A stretch of DNA of 64,000 nt, taken from the NCBI GenBank assembly GCA_964425365.1, contig CAYRND010000001.1, positions 1,708 through 65,707 of the forward strand, in the 5' to 3' direction. The position numbers and the translations under genes are program-made. Positions within the stretch are counted from its first letter, which is position 1; every line of letters begins with the position of its first letter. The stretch is from an uncultured Phycisphaeraceae bacterium. GTDB lineage: Bacteria; Planctomycetota; Phycisphaerae; Phycisphaerales; Phycisphaeraceae. The notes beneath the pieces were generated by a model. It did no database searches. It saw nothing but the letters and a program-made list of their open reading frames with translations, and was not told the DNA's origin. Shown here piece by piece: positions 28,505-40,000 of this stretch.

Positions 28505-31500
28505 ATCTCGATCTCCTCGCGGTCACCAACGGATTGTTCGACCGGCTCTGCATCTGTTTCCGCATGCGATGATGGCGGGCGCAGGCGTTCGGCCAGCTTC
28601 GATACAGTCGGCATTTCAAACAGGCTCGCAATTGGAAGCTCAACACCCAGGTTCTTACGCAGTCTCGAAATGATCTGTGTGGCGACAAGAGAATCGCCGC
28701 CCAGTTCAAAGAAATCGTCGTGCCTGCCGATCCGGTTGATGCCGAGCAGTTCCTGCCACACCTGCGCGATAGCGAGCTCCAATTCATCCCCGGGTGCCAC
28801 GTATTCCGTTTCCAGCTCGGGACGATCATGCGAACTCGATCCTGATCCTGTATCGCGTTCGAATTGATCGAATGCCCGTTCGCCGCCGGATGAGTTGAGT
28901 ATATCCAGGCGGTGGTTGAAATCGTACGTTGATACGTATACCTGGCTGATACCGCCATCGAGAACGCGGTGGAATACTTCCATGCCTTCCGACGGCTGGA
29001 TGCCTTTGTTCAGGATCGCCGATTCCGTATCGTCCGGTTTGACCCCAGCATGATGGACCTGCGAGCGCATCGACTGCTGATCGAAGCGATCCAAGTCGAT
29101 CAGTCTCAGGGTGTAGCCGTCGAGTTCGATTACGACTGAACCTTTCTCATCCGTGACGACAATATCGAATTCCAGGGTTTCGTCACCGCCGTGCTGGGTC
29201 TGCGAATAGGTAATGTGACTGACGACTTTCGCCGGCATCGATTTCATGATCCGAACGCGTTTATACATGAACGGCAGATATTGGTGTTCGCCACGCACCC
29301 GGGTGAGCATGAAGGCCGTGGCGACGTCCAGCGTTGCCGGGTGCAGCAGATAATCATCGATATCAGAATGATACGATGATGGTAATGTCACAAAGGCGAT
29401 TCCTTCACCGTCTCGCATATGTACATGCGAGTTGCATTGCCATCTGGGACCGAACTCGACCAACCCGGTCTTTCTCGTATGCTGATGTTCCGTTGTGACG
29501 GCTTCGTCAGTGTTGCACCTGGACCGGATCGCATTGATATCAAGCTTTCGATTCGAAGGCAGGTTGAGTATCTCAACGCTTCCCTTGAAGTGCTCCACCC
29601 ACGGCTCGCCGCCTGATTCCGGACGGCTCATAATGACGAACTCGCTTGTTCCCGATTTACCAGGCGAAATCACGGTATGCACGGTTCGAGGCACATCCGG
29701 TTCTACAACAAGCGGCCTGAGATAATATACATCGCTCAGTTCAACAGGCCGGCCGGCGTCCGTTCGTGCATAGGCCTCCCGGATCATCTCGATATAGGTC
29801 GTACCCGGCAGGATTGATTTGCCGCTGATCCGATGTTCATTCAATACCCATTGTTTGTCGATGGTAAACGTAGAAACGTGAATAACGGATCCATCGTTAT
29901 CCTGATAACGGTGTTCGAAGAGCGGATGATCGACCGTCTCAATTTCACGTTGGACTTGGGTGCGGTCACGTGTCGCCGTCGATGCAAGTTGTCTGACCGC
30001 CTGCACCGCCATGCCGACTTCCTGCCACGTGTCCCAGCCGATGGATAACACCACGGGGCCCCGGCTGCTGTTCTTCAAGCCGGCGTAAGCGTCGAGGAAG
30101 GCGTTGGCCGATGTGTATGCCACCTGGCCTGTCGGCCCGAAGACTGATGACAGCGAAGAACAGAGTATCATGAAATCCGGCGGCATATCACGCAGCAGGC
30201 GTTCGAGCACAAACGTACCCGCCAGCTTCGGTCTGAGCACGGTATCTGAAACAGCCCTTGATCTAGCCTGTATCACGGCGCCGTCCGGGACACCGGCGGA
30301 ATGGATGACACCGTTGATATGACCGAATCGCTCGACGACTTGCGATACCACTTCCCGCATTCGCGTTTCGTCGGCGATATCCGCCTGAACCACCATTACC
30401 TCGCCGCCGGCCTGCTCGATCGCCAGGAGTTTGAGAATCCGGTCACTTGCAGGATCGTTCGGATCGTGATTGTCGAGCCAGTCTCGCCACTCATCCGGTT
30501 GCGGAAACGCCGATCGGCCGATCAGCACGAGCCTGGCGCGGCATGTATCTGCGAGATACTTTGCCAGAGTCAAGCCGATCCCGCCGAGACCGCCGGTGAT
30601 CAGGTATACGCCGTTATCACGGAGTGAGGCGGCCCGGCCATTGCCGGTCGGTTTGATCGGTAATGCGTCGAAACCCTGTACCCAGCGATGCCGGCCGCGA
30701 TAGGCGATGATATCGTCGTCGTCATCACGATGGCTCAATTCCCGAAGCAGCCGTTGTGCATTGTCCTGATGATCCGCGGGTGACCAGACCATGTCGATAT
30801 CCACACTGCGGCATTGGACATTCGGATATTCACGGGGAATGACCTTGCACGGGCCGAGCAACGTTGCATTGATGGGGTAGAGCAGATCGCCTCCGATTAC
30901 TTCCTGCATATTATTGGTTACCACCAGAATCCGGATATCCGGTTGATCATCCAGTTTGCCCAGTGCCTGTGCCAGACAAATCAGGCTGTGATAACCTGCT
31001 TCCAAGGCGAATTGTAATGCCTCATCATCATGGCCGGGACTGTTCGTTGTCAGCGACCACAGATGCACAACCCGGTTCGGCGGGCTGCCGTTTTCACGGA
31101 TGGCGTCGATCAGTGAGATATAATCTTCACTTTCGGCGGGATTGATCTCGAATTGATTATGACTGACCTGGGTAAAGCGATTGCCGCGATTAACGGTATA
31201 TACCCTGTGGCCTTCGTCGCGCAGTCTGGTTATCAGGTCATCAGCCAGGCCGCAGGTATCTGAGAAGACCAATACATCATCATTGTCATGATCGGTTGTA
31301 CTGTCGACGCCATTAAGCGGTAGGGCGCGTCGTTTCCAGTTCGGTACGTAAAACCACCTGGAAAGGTCCGGGTCCTTTTCGGTCGACACGGTTATTGCTT
31401 TCTTCTGCTCCCGATTGCCTGTTGGCTCGATCCAGAATCGCTTTCGTTCGAACGGGTAAGTCGGACAGGCGACGCGGTACCGGGCTTCATGCTGGTAAAA

Positions 31501-34095
31501 GCCACACCAGTCGATGTCCACACCGTGCAGCCATAATCTGCCCAGCGCCGTCAGTGTGAACGCATCGTCCGCCTGCTGATCGTTCGGGTGTCGCATGGAC
31601 GAAAGGATCAGGTGCCCGCCGTTGCGACTTGTATGGCGAGATGCCAGTGTCGTGAGCGTTCTGCCCGGCCCGGTTTCCAGCAGGACCCGTGCCGGGTCCT
31701 GGAACAACTGTTCCAGTCCCGCGGCGAACAGGACCGGCCGGCGAAGGTGTGTTGACCAGTAGCCGGGGTCAGTCGCCTGGTCGTCCGTGATCCACCGGCC
31801 TGTCACGTTCGAGATAAAAGGCGTCTCAGGCGATTTCAAGTTCAATTTGCCGACCATGTCCGCGAATGGCTTGATCACCGGCTCCATCGATTCGGAATGA
31901 AAGGCATGTGATGTATGCAGTGGCCGGGAACTGATTTCTTCCAATTCCAGTTGATTCATCAGTTGTTCAACCAGGGTGCTCGGGCCGGATACCACACACG
32001 ATGACAGTTCATTGACGGCCGCTATTGACAATCCGGCTTCAAGTTTCGGCTCCAGTTCGTGGCGTGGCAGTGGTACGGCAAGCATACTGCCGGCGGGCAT
32101 GCTCTGCATGAGCCGGCCTCGTGCCGCAACCAGTGATAATGCGCTCTCCAGGTCAAAGACGCCTGACAGGGTGGCTGCGACGTATTCGCCGATGCTGTGG
32201 CCGATCATCGAATCCGGCACAACGCCCCAGCTCATCCAAAGCTTCGCCATGGCGTATGACACGACAAACAGCGCCGGCTGGGCATACATCGTCTGTTTCA
32301 ATTTATCTCCTGACGATGATCGGTCATCACCGTCGGCATACAGCAGATCCCGCAGATCGACTGAATCAAGGTGCAACTTCAGAAATGAGCAGCAATCATC
32401 CATCGCCTGCCGGAACACCGGTTCGTTGTCATACAGGTCCCTGCCCATTCCGGGATATTGAGCGCCCTGACCTGGTAAGAGGAAAGAGACGTGACGGTCG
32501 ACCGGTTCATGGTGATGATCGATGATCCGTCCGCCGCCGGGGTCAGTCAATGCCGGAATGGCATCCTGCTTGTCGCGGCAGACAAGCACACGGCGGTATT
32601 TATGCGATTTGCGTCCGATCTTCAATGTATATGCGATGTCCGCGAAATCATCCGCGTTGTTATCGACAAGAAAGTTCGCCAGATTCGACGTGACCTGGTC
32701 CAATGCCGATGGACTGTAGGCGGATAAGGTGATTAGCTGGTATTTGCGAGAAGTGCCCGGTTGCCTGCGGATGGGAGCTTCTTCCAGGATCACATGAGCG
32801 TTCGTGCCGCCCATCCCGAACGAGCTGACGGCCGCCCGACGTGGTGTGGTGTCCTCCTGCCAGTCGCGCAAGTCGGCGTTGACGTAAAAAGGACTGTCGG
32901 CCATATGCGTTTCAGGATTCGGGCGCTTGTAGTGCAGGCTGGGCGGCAATTTTCGGTGTTTCAATGCCGATACCGCCTTGATCAACCCGGTAACACCCGC
33001 CGCGGTATCGAGATGGCCGACATTCGTCTTGACCGAACCGATCGCGCAATACCCTTTTTTCTGTGTGTACTTGCGGTAACATTGTGTCAGTGCGGCGATT
33101 TCGATCGGATCACCCAGGTTGGTGCCCGTCCCATGAGCTTCGATCAGGCCGATGGTCTCGGGATGGACGTCCGCCATCATGATCGCACGTTCGATCGCTG
33201 CGGCCTGGCCGTTGACGCTCGGCGCCATATACCCCACCTTGTCCGATCCGTCGTTATTGATCGCGGATGCCCGGATCACCGCCAGGATATTATCGCGGTC
33301 GGCGATGGCGTCGGTGAGACGTTTGAGCAGAATCAGCCCGATTCCATCGCCACCGATCGTACCATTAGCGTCGGCATCAAATGCGCGGCAATGTCCGTCA
33401 GGCGATGAGATCCCGCCCTCCTGGTACAGATAGCCGGTATCCCGCGGATATCGAATCGATACCCCGCCGGTCAGCGCCATGTCGCATTCCCCGCTCAACA
33501 GAGCCTGGCATGCCTGATGAACGGCCACCAGTGACGTCGAGCAGGCGCTCTGGACCAGGACACTCGGGCCGGTCAGATTCAGTTTGTACGAGATTTTCGT
33601 TACAAGGAAATTCTTGTCATTACCCAGCATGATCAGGTGCCGCGTCTCCAGGTCATCGGCCTGGGGATGCGACATGATATTCTGCTGCTGATACGTGTCC
33701 GCATTGACGCCTGCGTAAACGCCGACGCCCCTGCCGTCACGCTCGACGTTATAACCTGCATGTTCGAACGCCGTCCAGGCATGTTCCAGAAACAGCCGGT
33801 GCTGCGGGTCCATCAACTCCGCCTGTTTCGGGGTATAACCGAAGAACATCGCGTCGAACATGTCATGATCATCAATTACCCCTTTCGCCGGTACGTAAGC
33901 AGGATTATCGATCAATCGCCGCGGGACGCCTGCTTTCTGCAGCGATTCGTTGCTGAAAAAGGTGATCGATTCGACTGACCGGCAGATATTGTCCCAAAGC
34001 TGATCAACGTTACCGGCGCCCGGGAACCGGCCTGCCATGCCGATTACCGCTATCGACATCTCGTTCGAATAATCAGAATCATACGTTTTCTGCAT
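28501..34095 (-). CDS. Type I PKS module KS-AT-KR-DH-ACP (AT malonyl-type)
   Basis: KS motifs QSACSTSLVAVH, EAHGTGT and KTNVGHLDTAAG. AT motifs GHSIGEYVA plus HAFH (malonyl signature). KR motifs LITGGLGGIG (aa 1165-1173) and AYTSANAFLD. DH motifs HRISGKSILPG (HxxxGxxxxP, His1421) and LLHPATLDVA. ACP motif GGDSL (Ser1801). Residues were counted by hand. Confidence 0.95.
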   Translation of the reverse strand: MQKTYDSDYSNEMSIAVIGMAGRFPGAGNVDQLWDNICRSVESITFFSNESLQKAGVPRRLIDNPAYVPAKGVIDDHDMFDAMFFGYTPKQAELMDPQHRLFLEHAWTAFEHAGYNVERDGRGVGVYAGVNADTYQQQNIMSHPQADDLETRHLIMLGNDKNFLVTKISYKLNLTGPSVLVQSACSTSLVAVHQACQALLSGECDMALTGGVSIRYPRDTGYLYQEGGISSPDGHCRAFDADANGTIGGDGIGLILLKRLTDAIADRDNILAVIRASAINNDGSDKVGYMAPSVNGQAAAIERAIMMADVHPETIGLIEAHGTGTNLGDPIEIAALTQCYRKYTQKKGYCAIGSVKTNVGHLDTAAGVTGLIKAVSALKHRKLPPSLHYKRPNPETHMADSPFYVNADLRDWQEDTTPRRAAVSSFGMGGTNAHVILEEAPIRRQPGTSRKYQLITLSAYSPSALDQVTSNLANFLVDNNADDFADIAYTLKIGRKSHKYRRVLVCRDKQDAIPALTDPGGGRIIDHHHEPVDRHVSFLLPGQGAQYPGMGRDLYDNEPVFRQAMDDCCSFLKLHLDSVDLRDLLYADGDDRSSSGDKLKQTMYAQPALFVVSYAMAKLWMSWGVVPDSMIGHSIGEYVAATLSGVFDLESALSLVAARGRLMQSMPAGSMLAVPLPRHELEPKLEAGLSIAAVNELSSCVVSGPSTLVEQLMNQLELEEISSRPLHTSHAFHSESMEPVIKPFADMVGKLNLKSPETPFISNVTGRWITDDQATDPGYWSTHLRRPVLFAAGLEQLFQDPARVLLETGPGRTLTTLASRHTSRNGGHLILSSMRHPNDQQADDAFTLTALGRLWLHGVDIDWCGFYQHEARYRVACPTYPFERKRFWIEPTGNREQKKAITVSTEKDPDLSRWFYVPNWKRRALPLNGVDSTTDHDNDDVLVFSDTCGLADDLITRLRDEGHRVYTVNRGNRFTQVSHNQFEINPAESEDYISLIDAIRENGSPPNRVVHLWSLTTNSPGHDDEALQFALEAGYHSLICLAQALGKLDDQPDIRILVVTNNMQEVIGGDLLYPINATLLGPCKVIPREYPNVQCRSVDIDMVWSPADHQDNAQRLLRELSHRDDDDDIIAYRGRHRWVQGFDALPIKPTGNGRAASLRDNGVYLITGGLGGIGLTLAKYLADTCRARLVLIGRSAFPQPDEWRDWLDNHDPNDPASDRILKLLAIEQAGGEVMVVQADIADETRMREVVSQVVERFGHINGVIHSAGVPDGAVIQARSRAVSDTVLRPKLAGTFVLERLLRDMPPDFMILCSSLSSVFGPTGQVAYTSANAFLDAYAGLKNSSRGPVVLSIGWDTWQEVGMAVQAVRQLASTATRDRTQVQREIETVDHPLFEHRYQDNDGSVIHVSTFTIDKQWVLNEHRISGKSILPGTTYIEMIREAYARTDAGRPVELSDVYYLRPLVVEPDVPRTVHTVISPGKSGTSEFVIMSRPESGGEPWVEHFKGSVEILNLPSNRKLDINAIRSRCNTDEAVTTEHQHTRKTGLVEFGPRWQCNSHVHMRDGEGIAFVTLPSSYHSDIDDYLLHPATLDVATAFMLTRVRGEHQYLPFMYKRVRIMKSMPAKVVSHITYSQTQHGGDETLEFDIVVTDEKGSVVIELDGYTLRLIDLDRFDQQSMRSQVHHAGVKPDDTESAILNKGIQPSEGMEVFHRVLDGGISQVYVSTYDFNHRLDILNSSGGERAFDQFERDTGSGSSSHDRPELETEYVAPGDELELAIAQVWQELLGINRIGRHDDFFELGGDSLVATQIISRLRKNLGVELPIASLFEMPTVSKLAERLRPPSSHAETDAEPVEQSVGDREEIEI

Positions 34096-34099
34096 GATG

Positions 34100-37000
34100 C
34101 TATTCCCTCCTGGTTGATACCGCTCTACTCTTGATAAGCCTGTTGCGTAATCGATCCCGTCCTTCGTCGATGGTCTTGACCACTGCCTGTTTCTGCTCCT
34201 GTTCAGTCCGTGCGTCAGCCTCTTTGTCGTTACCCAGGTAATCCACCAGCGATCGGATCGTGGGATTGCGGAACAGGTCGACCACCGGGATATCCAGCTT
34301 CAGTACCGCTGCCACCCGGCTGCGTAGACGAACGATCAGCAGTGAATTGCCACCCATATCGAAGAAGTTGTCGTTCAAGCCGATGTGATCGATCCGTAAA
34401 ATATCTCGCCAGATATCAACAAGCTGTTTTTCCAGTACTGTTTTCGGCTCGACGAATCCGCCCTTGATCGGATCGAGTCCGGCTGGTGCGGGCAGTGCCC
34501 TGCGATCCACCTTCCCGTTGGGTGTCAGCGGTATGTGTTCAACGGGCATGAGCGCGGAAGGGATCATATAATCCGGTAGTTTCTTTTTCAGGTAATCGCG
34601 AAGTGAGATCATGTCCGGATTTTCACCTGCTTTGGCGACGACGTAACCCACCAGTCGCTTATCGTTCGGCACATCTTCACGCAGGATCACCACCGAGTCG
34701 GCGATCTGTTCGTGATTACACAGGACAGACCGGATTTCCTCCAGTTCAATACGGTACCCGCGAACTTTCACCTGTTCGTCGTGACGGCCGAGGTAATCCA
34801 GATCACCGCTGGGCAGCCATCGAACGAGGTCGCCGGTACGATAAAGCAGGTTATCATTTTCTGAGCGACTGAAGGGATTGGGGACGAATCTTTCGGCGGT
34901 GAGCTCCGGCCGGTTCAGGTACCCGCGTGCCAGGCCGTCTCCGCCGAGGTATAACTCGCCTGTCACTCCGACGGGCACCGGCGCCTGCCGGGCATCCAGC
35001 ACATAAGCACTTGTATTGGCGATCGGCCGGCCGATGGGGATCGAACGTGCGCCTTCCGGGACTGAGTTTACTTGAAAACAGCACGCGAAAGTCGTGCATT
35101 CCGTCGGTCCGTAGCCGTTGACCAGCCGGCCGGTCGGTTTTTTCGCAAGTGCATGACGGACCCACTTCGGGTCGGCGGCCTCACCGCCGAAGATGACCTG
35201 GTCAACCGCTGACAGAATGGACGTCGACTCCTTTGCGAACAGGTTGAACACGGAAGTGGTGAGGAACATCGTATTGATCTTTTCCCGTTTGATGCAATCA
35301 AGAAACAATTGTGAAGACAGCAGCATTTCCTTATCGATGAGAACCAGTTTGCAACCGGTTAACAGCGCACCCCAGATTTCGAAAGTGGAGGCATCGAACG
35401 AACTGTTTGAAAGCTGTGGAATGCAGGCCGTCGGGCCGAGCTCGATATAATCCGGTTGATTCGCCAGGCGCACGACACCACGATGATGGATCATCACGCC
35501 TTTGGGTTTGCCCATCGAGCCGGAGGTGTACATCACATACGCCAGGTCGCCGCCCGAGGATCGCGGCTCGGGATTCCCCGTACTGTAGTCGCCCGGCAGG
35601 TCGCGTGAATCCGACAGGTTGAATACGGTTGATGAATGCTCCGGCAGATCAGCGATTCCGGCTTCGTCGGTCAGGATCACCTTCACACCCGTATCCGAGA
35701 TCATGAACGACAGGCGTTCGGCCGGATAGGACATGTCCAGTGGTACATAAGCGCCGCCGGCCTTGAGTATTCCCAGCATTGCGGCGATCATCTCGGGACC
35801 TCGGTCCATATAGAAGGCAACCAGCGTGTCCTGCTCGACACCCTGCTCGATCAGCCGGTGGGCGATCTGGTTGGACCGGGCGTTTAATTGCTCGTAAGTG
35901 ATCCGACGCTCATTGTGAACCAGCGCGATCGATGACGGATACTGCTCTACCTGGGCTTCAAACAGAGATTGAATCGATGCATCTCGCGGGTAATCGACGT
36001 CATTGCGACTCCAGCTTGTGAGAATCTCGTGACGATCGCGATCGCTCAACATGCTGAGTTCGGATATCCGCCGATCAGGCTCACTGACGATATTCTCCAG
36101 CAGAACACGGTAATGTTCCAGCATCCGCTGGATGGTTGTCGAATCGAACAGGTCCGTGTTATAGATAAACACGGGTACCAGGATCCCGTCACGTTCCCAC
36201 ACGTGGACTTCGATATCATACCGTGCCGTTTTGTAGGGCATTTCAACCGGTCCGATTTCCAGGCCCTTCAACTGCAATGGTTTGAATGGCGCGTTCTGCA
36301 GTGCGAAGGTCACCTGGAAAAGCGGATTGCGACTCATATCCCGCTCGAGCTTCAGTTCATCAATCAATTTTTCGAATGGCATGGCCTGGTAGTCGAAGGA
36401 CGACGAGACCATTCGCTGGTTACGCTGGAGCAGTTCATGAAAAGTCGGTTCACCTGACAAATCCGTGCGAAGCGGCAGCATATTCACGAAGAAGCCGATC
36501 AGTTTTTCCGTTTCGATCCGGGTTCGACCGGCTATCGGTGAGCCGATGACGAAATCGTCCTGGCCGCTGTAGCGGTGAAGCAGTACCGCGAAAGCGGTGA
36601 ACAGTGTTGTGAACAGTGTTACGGATTCCCGCTGACTCATTTGCCTGAGTGAATCGGACAGCGACGCCGACAACGGCAAACGGTGGCCGCTGCCGCAGTA
36701 CGTGACGGTCGACGGTCGGGGTCGGTCTGTCAACAGGTTCAATACCGGCGGTTCGGCGCCGAGTCGGTGTTTCCAGTAATCAACATGCTGTTGGAGCATC
36801 TGGTCACGAAGGTATTGACGCTGCCAGTACGCGTAATCGACGTATTGAATGGGCAGCGGCTCGAGTGGTGATGCATGGTCATCGAGGTACGATTCATACA
36901 GATCGCCGAGTTCATCGACAAAAACACCAAGGGACCAGCCGTCGATGATGATATGGTGGAAGATGATGATCAGGATGTGCTCATCGTCCGCCAGTTGAAT

Positions 37001-40000
37001 CAGATGTATGCGGAACAGCGGGCATTGCGACAGGTCGAAAGCCGTTTGCGCCGCTTCCTGGTAAGCCGACTGGAGTGCGGCGTCCTGATCACGCGGCGGC
37101 AATGCGCTGAGGTCTGTCTGTTTGATGTTTACCACGGCGCTGTTTTCGATCTGCTGGTGCGGCCGGCCTTCGTCCGGAATGATCCGTGTACGGAACACTT
37201 CATGACGGCTGACCAGTTCATTCAACGCTTTTTCCAGGACGGGAACATGCAGCCTGCCGCGAAGGCGAACGGGTAGCGGTATGCAGTAACCTGCTTTACC
37301 CGGCTCCATCTGGTCAAGCAGCCATAACCGTTGCTGAGCGAATGACAACGGCAACTGACTTTCGCGGTCAATCGTTGTAAGTTGCGGTGCCTGATGACTT
37401 GAACGGCTTTCACGCTGCAGGTCTTCGATCTGACCCGCCATCGCTGAAATAGTCGGATTGTCGAAAAACGCCTGCAGCGGGTAATTCACTTGAAATGCCT
37501 GGTTGACGCGAGAGATTAAACGAATTGCGTCAAGCGAATGGCCGCCGGACTCGAAGAAGTTGTTGTGTGCACCCGCACGGTCCAGTTTCATGACCGATTT
37601 CCAGATTTCCGCCAGTCTGGTTTCGATCATGCCGGTCGGCGCAACGTATCCTTTCACATCACTGATCGTATTACGATCCGGTGACGGCAATGCCTGGCGA
37701 TCGACTTTATTATTCGTTGAAAGCGGCAGTTCGTCCATCTGCACAAACGCCGACGGCAGCATGTACTCGGGCAATTTATCCTGCAGGAACTCGCGAAGTT
37801 CGGCAACGCCCGGCCAATCGTCGGGGTTATGGCATGTCACGTACGCGACCAGGCGCTTGTCGCCCGGCGAAAACTCCCGGGCAATGACTGCAACGGCTTT
37901 CACGGCCGGGTGAAGCGACAGGACCGATTCGATCTCACTGAGTTCGATACGAAATCCGCGAATCTTCACTTGTGTATCGAGTCGGCCGAGAAATTGGATG
38001 TTACCGTCCGGCAGGTAATGGACCAGGTCGCCGGAGCGATAGAGCCGGGAGCCGGGGTCTGTACTGAACGGATCGGCGATGAATTTTTCGGATGTCAAGT
38101 CAATGCGATTCAGGTAACCACGCGCCAGGCACGTGCCGCCGATGTATAATTCGCCCGGTACGCCGACGGGAACCGGTCGACGCTGCGGATCGAGTATATA
38201 CATTCTCGCGTTGTCGATCGGCCTGCCGATCGGGGGCAGCAGCGGCCAGGTCGAAGGTGAACCGGTCAGCGTATAACTGGTTACCACGTGTGATTCCGAC
38301 GGGCCGTACTGGTTATGAAGGGTGCAGTCGCCGAGCTTTTCGAACCATGCGGCGATCGGGGGCGTGATCTGCAGTTGTTCGCCCGCCGTAATGATCTCAC
38401 GCAGGGATTCCGGGTAGACGTCATTATATACCGCTTCTTCAGCAAGGTGCAGCAATGCGATGAACGGTACGAATAACCGCTGCACGGATGCGGTGTCGAT
38501 CAGTTTGAGCAGTGCGACCATATCAAGGCGCAGTGATTCAGGAATGACAACCAGTGTGCCGCCGCCGCACCACGTGGAGAAGATCTCCTGGAAGGATACA
38601 TCAAAGCCCAGTGAGGCAAACTGAAGTGTCTTCGCCTTCACGCCGGAGGTGGTCTGCGATAGCTGCCAGTGAAGCAGATTGCAGAGCGCGCCGTGCGACA
38701 TGACGATGCCCTTCGGCTGGCCGGTCGAACCCGAGGTGTAGATCAGGTACGCGGCATGTTCTGCCCGGGTGATATCTTCCGGACCGGTATCAGAGCCCGG
38801 TGCATCGTTATCCGCCCGGCCATCGACGAGGATCGTCTGGTAGTCACCGGCCGGTCTGACGTGCGACAGCGAAGATTCACTGAGCATGATACCTGCCCCG
38901 GTATCAGACATGGTGAACGACAGGCGAGACGCGGGATAGGACGGATCGAGCGCCACGTATGCGCTGCCGGCCTTCAGCACCGCTAATACGGAGATTACCA
39001 TTTCCAATGACCGGTTGAGCATGATCGCCACCGGCACGTCCGGGCCGGCGCCCGATGCACGCAGCTCGATCGCCAGGTCATTCGCCAGTTCGTTCAGCCG
39101 CCTGTAGCTCAGCGAGGTGCCCTGGTATTCAACGGCGACGGCGTCCGGGTTGGACAGCACGCTGCGCTCGAACATACGGTGAATAACCTGATCGCCGCCG
39201 TGTTTACACGCTGTGGCGTTCCACTCGTGCAACAGCACATGCTCTTCCGATTCGGTCAACAGTCTGATCTGTGAAATCGGCGACGTCGGCGAGGCAAGAA
39301 CATGCGTCAGAATCTGCTCATAATGTCCCAGCATTCGCTGGATCGTGTCGTCGTTATAGAGATCCGTGTTGTACTCCATGACGCCGAGCAGGCAGCCTTC
39401 GTGCTCTTCAAGTGAAAACAGCAGGTCGAACTTGGACGTGGTGTTCGGCACGGGCAGATGACCGACTGTCAAACCCGTAAATTCGAATGTATCAACGCCC
39501 TGGTTCTGGAGCACCAGCATCACCTGAAAAAGGGGATTGCGGCTCATGTCACGTTCGGGTTGAATCGCTTCGACCAGTTTTTCGAATGGTATGTCCTGGT
39601 ACTCATAGGCCTTCATGACGTTATCGCGCATACGCGAAAGAAGCTCACGAAAACCTGGATCACCGCTCAGATCACAGCGCAGCGGCAGTGTATTGACGAA
39701 GAAGCCGATCAGGCGTTCGATTTCCGAACGATTACGATTAGCGATCGGCGAGCCGATGACGATGTCATCCTGTCCGCTGTAGCGATGAAGCAGGATATAG
39801 AACGCCGAAATCAATACCATGAAAAGCGTGACATGCTCCTGGCGGGTGAACGCATGCAGGGCCTGTGTCATCGATTCTGAAAATTCGATCTTCTTGTGGT
39901 TGCCGTTGTATGTCTGGATTGCCGGGCGTGGGTGATCGGTCGGCAACTGCAAGGCGGCGAATCCCGCCAGCTTCTGCTTCCAGTAGTCGAGCTGTTCCTG

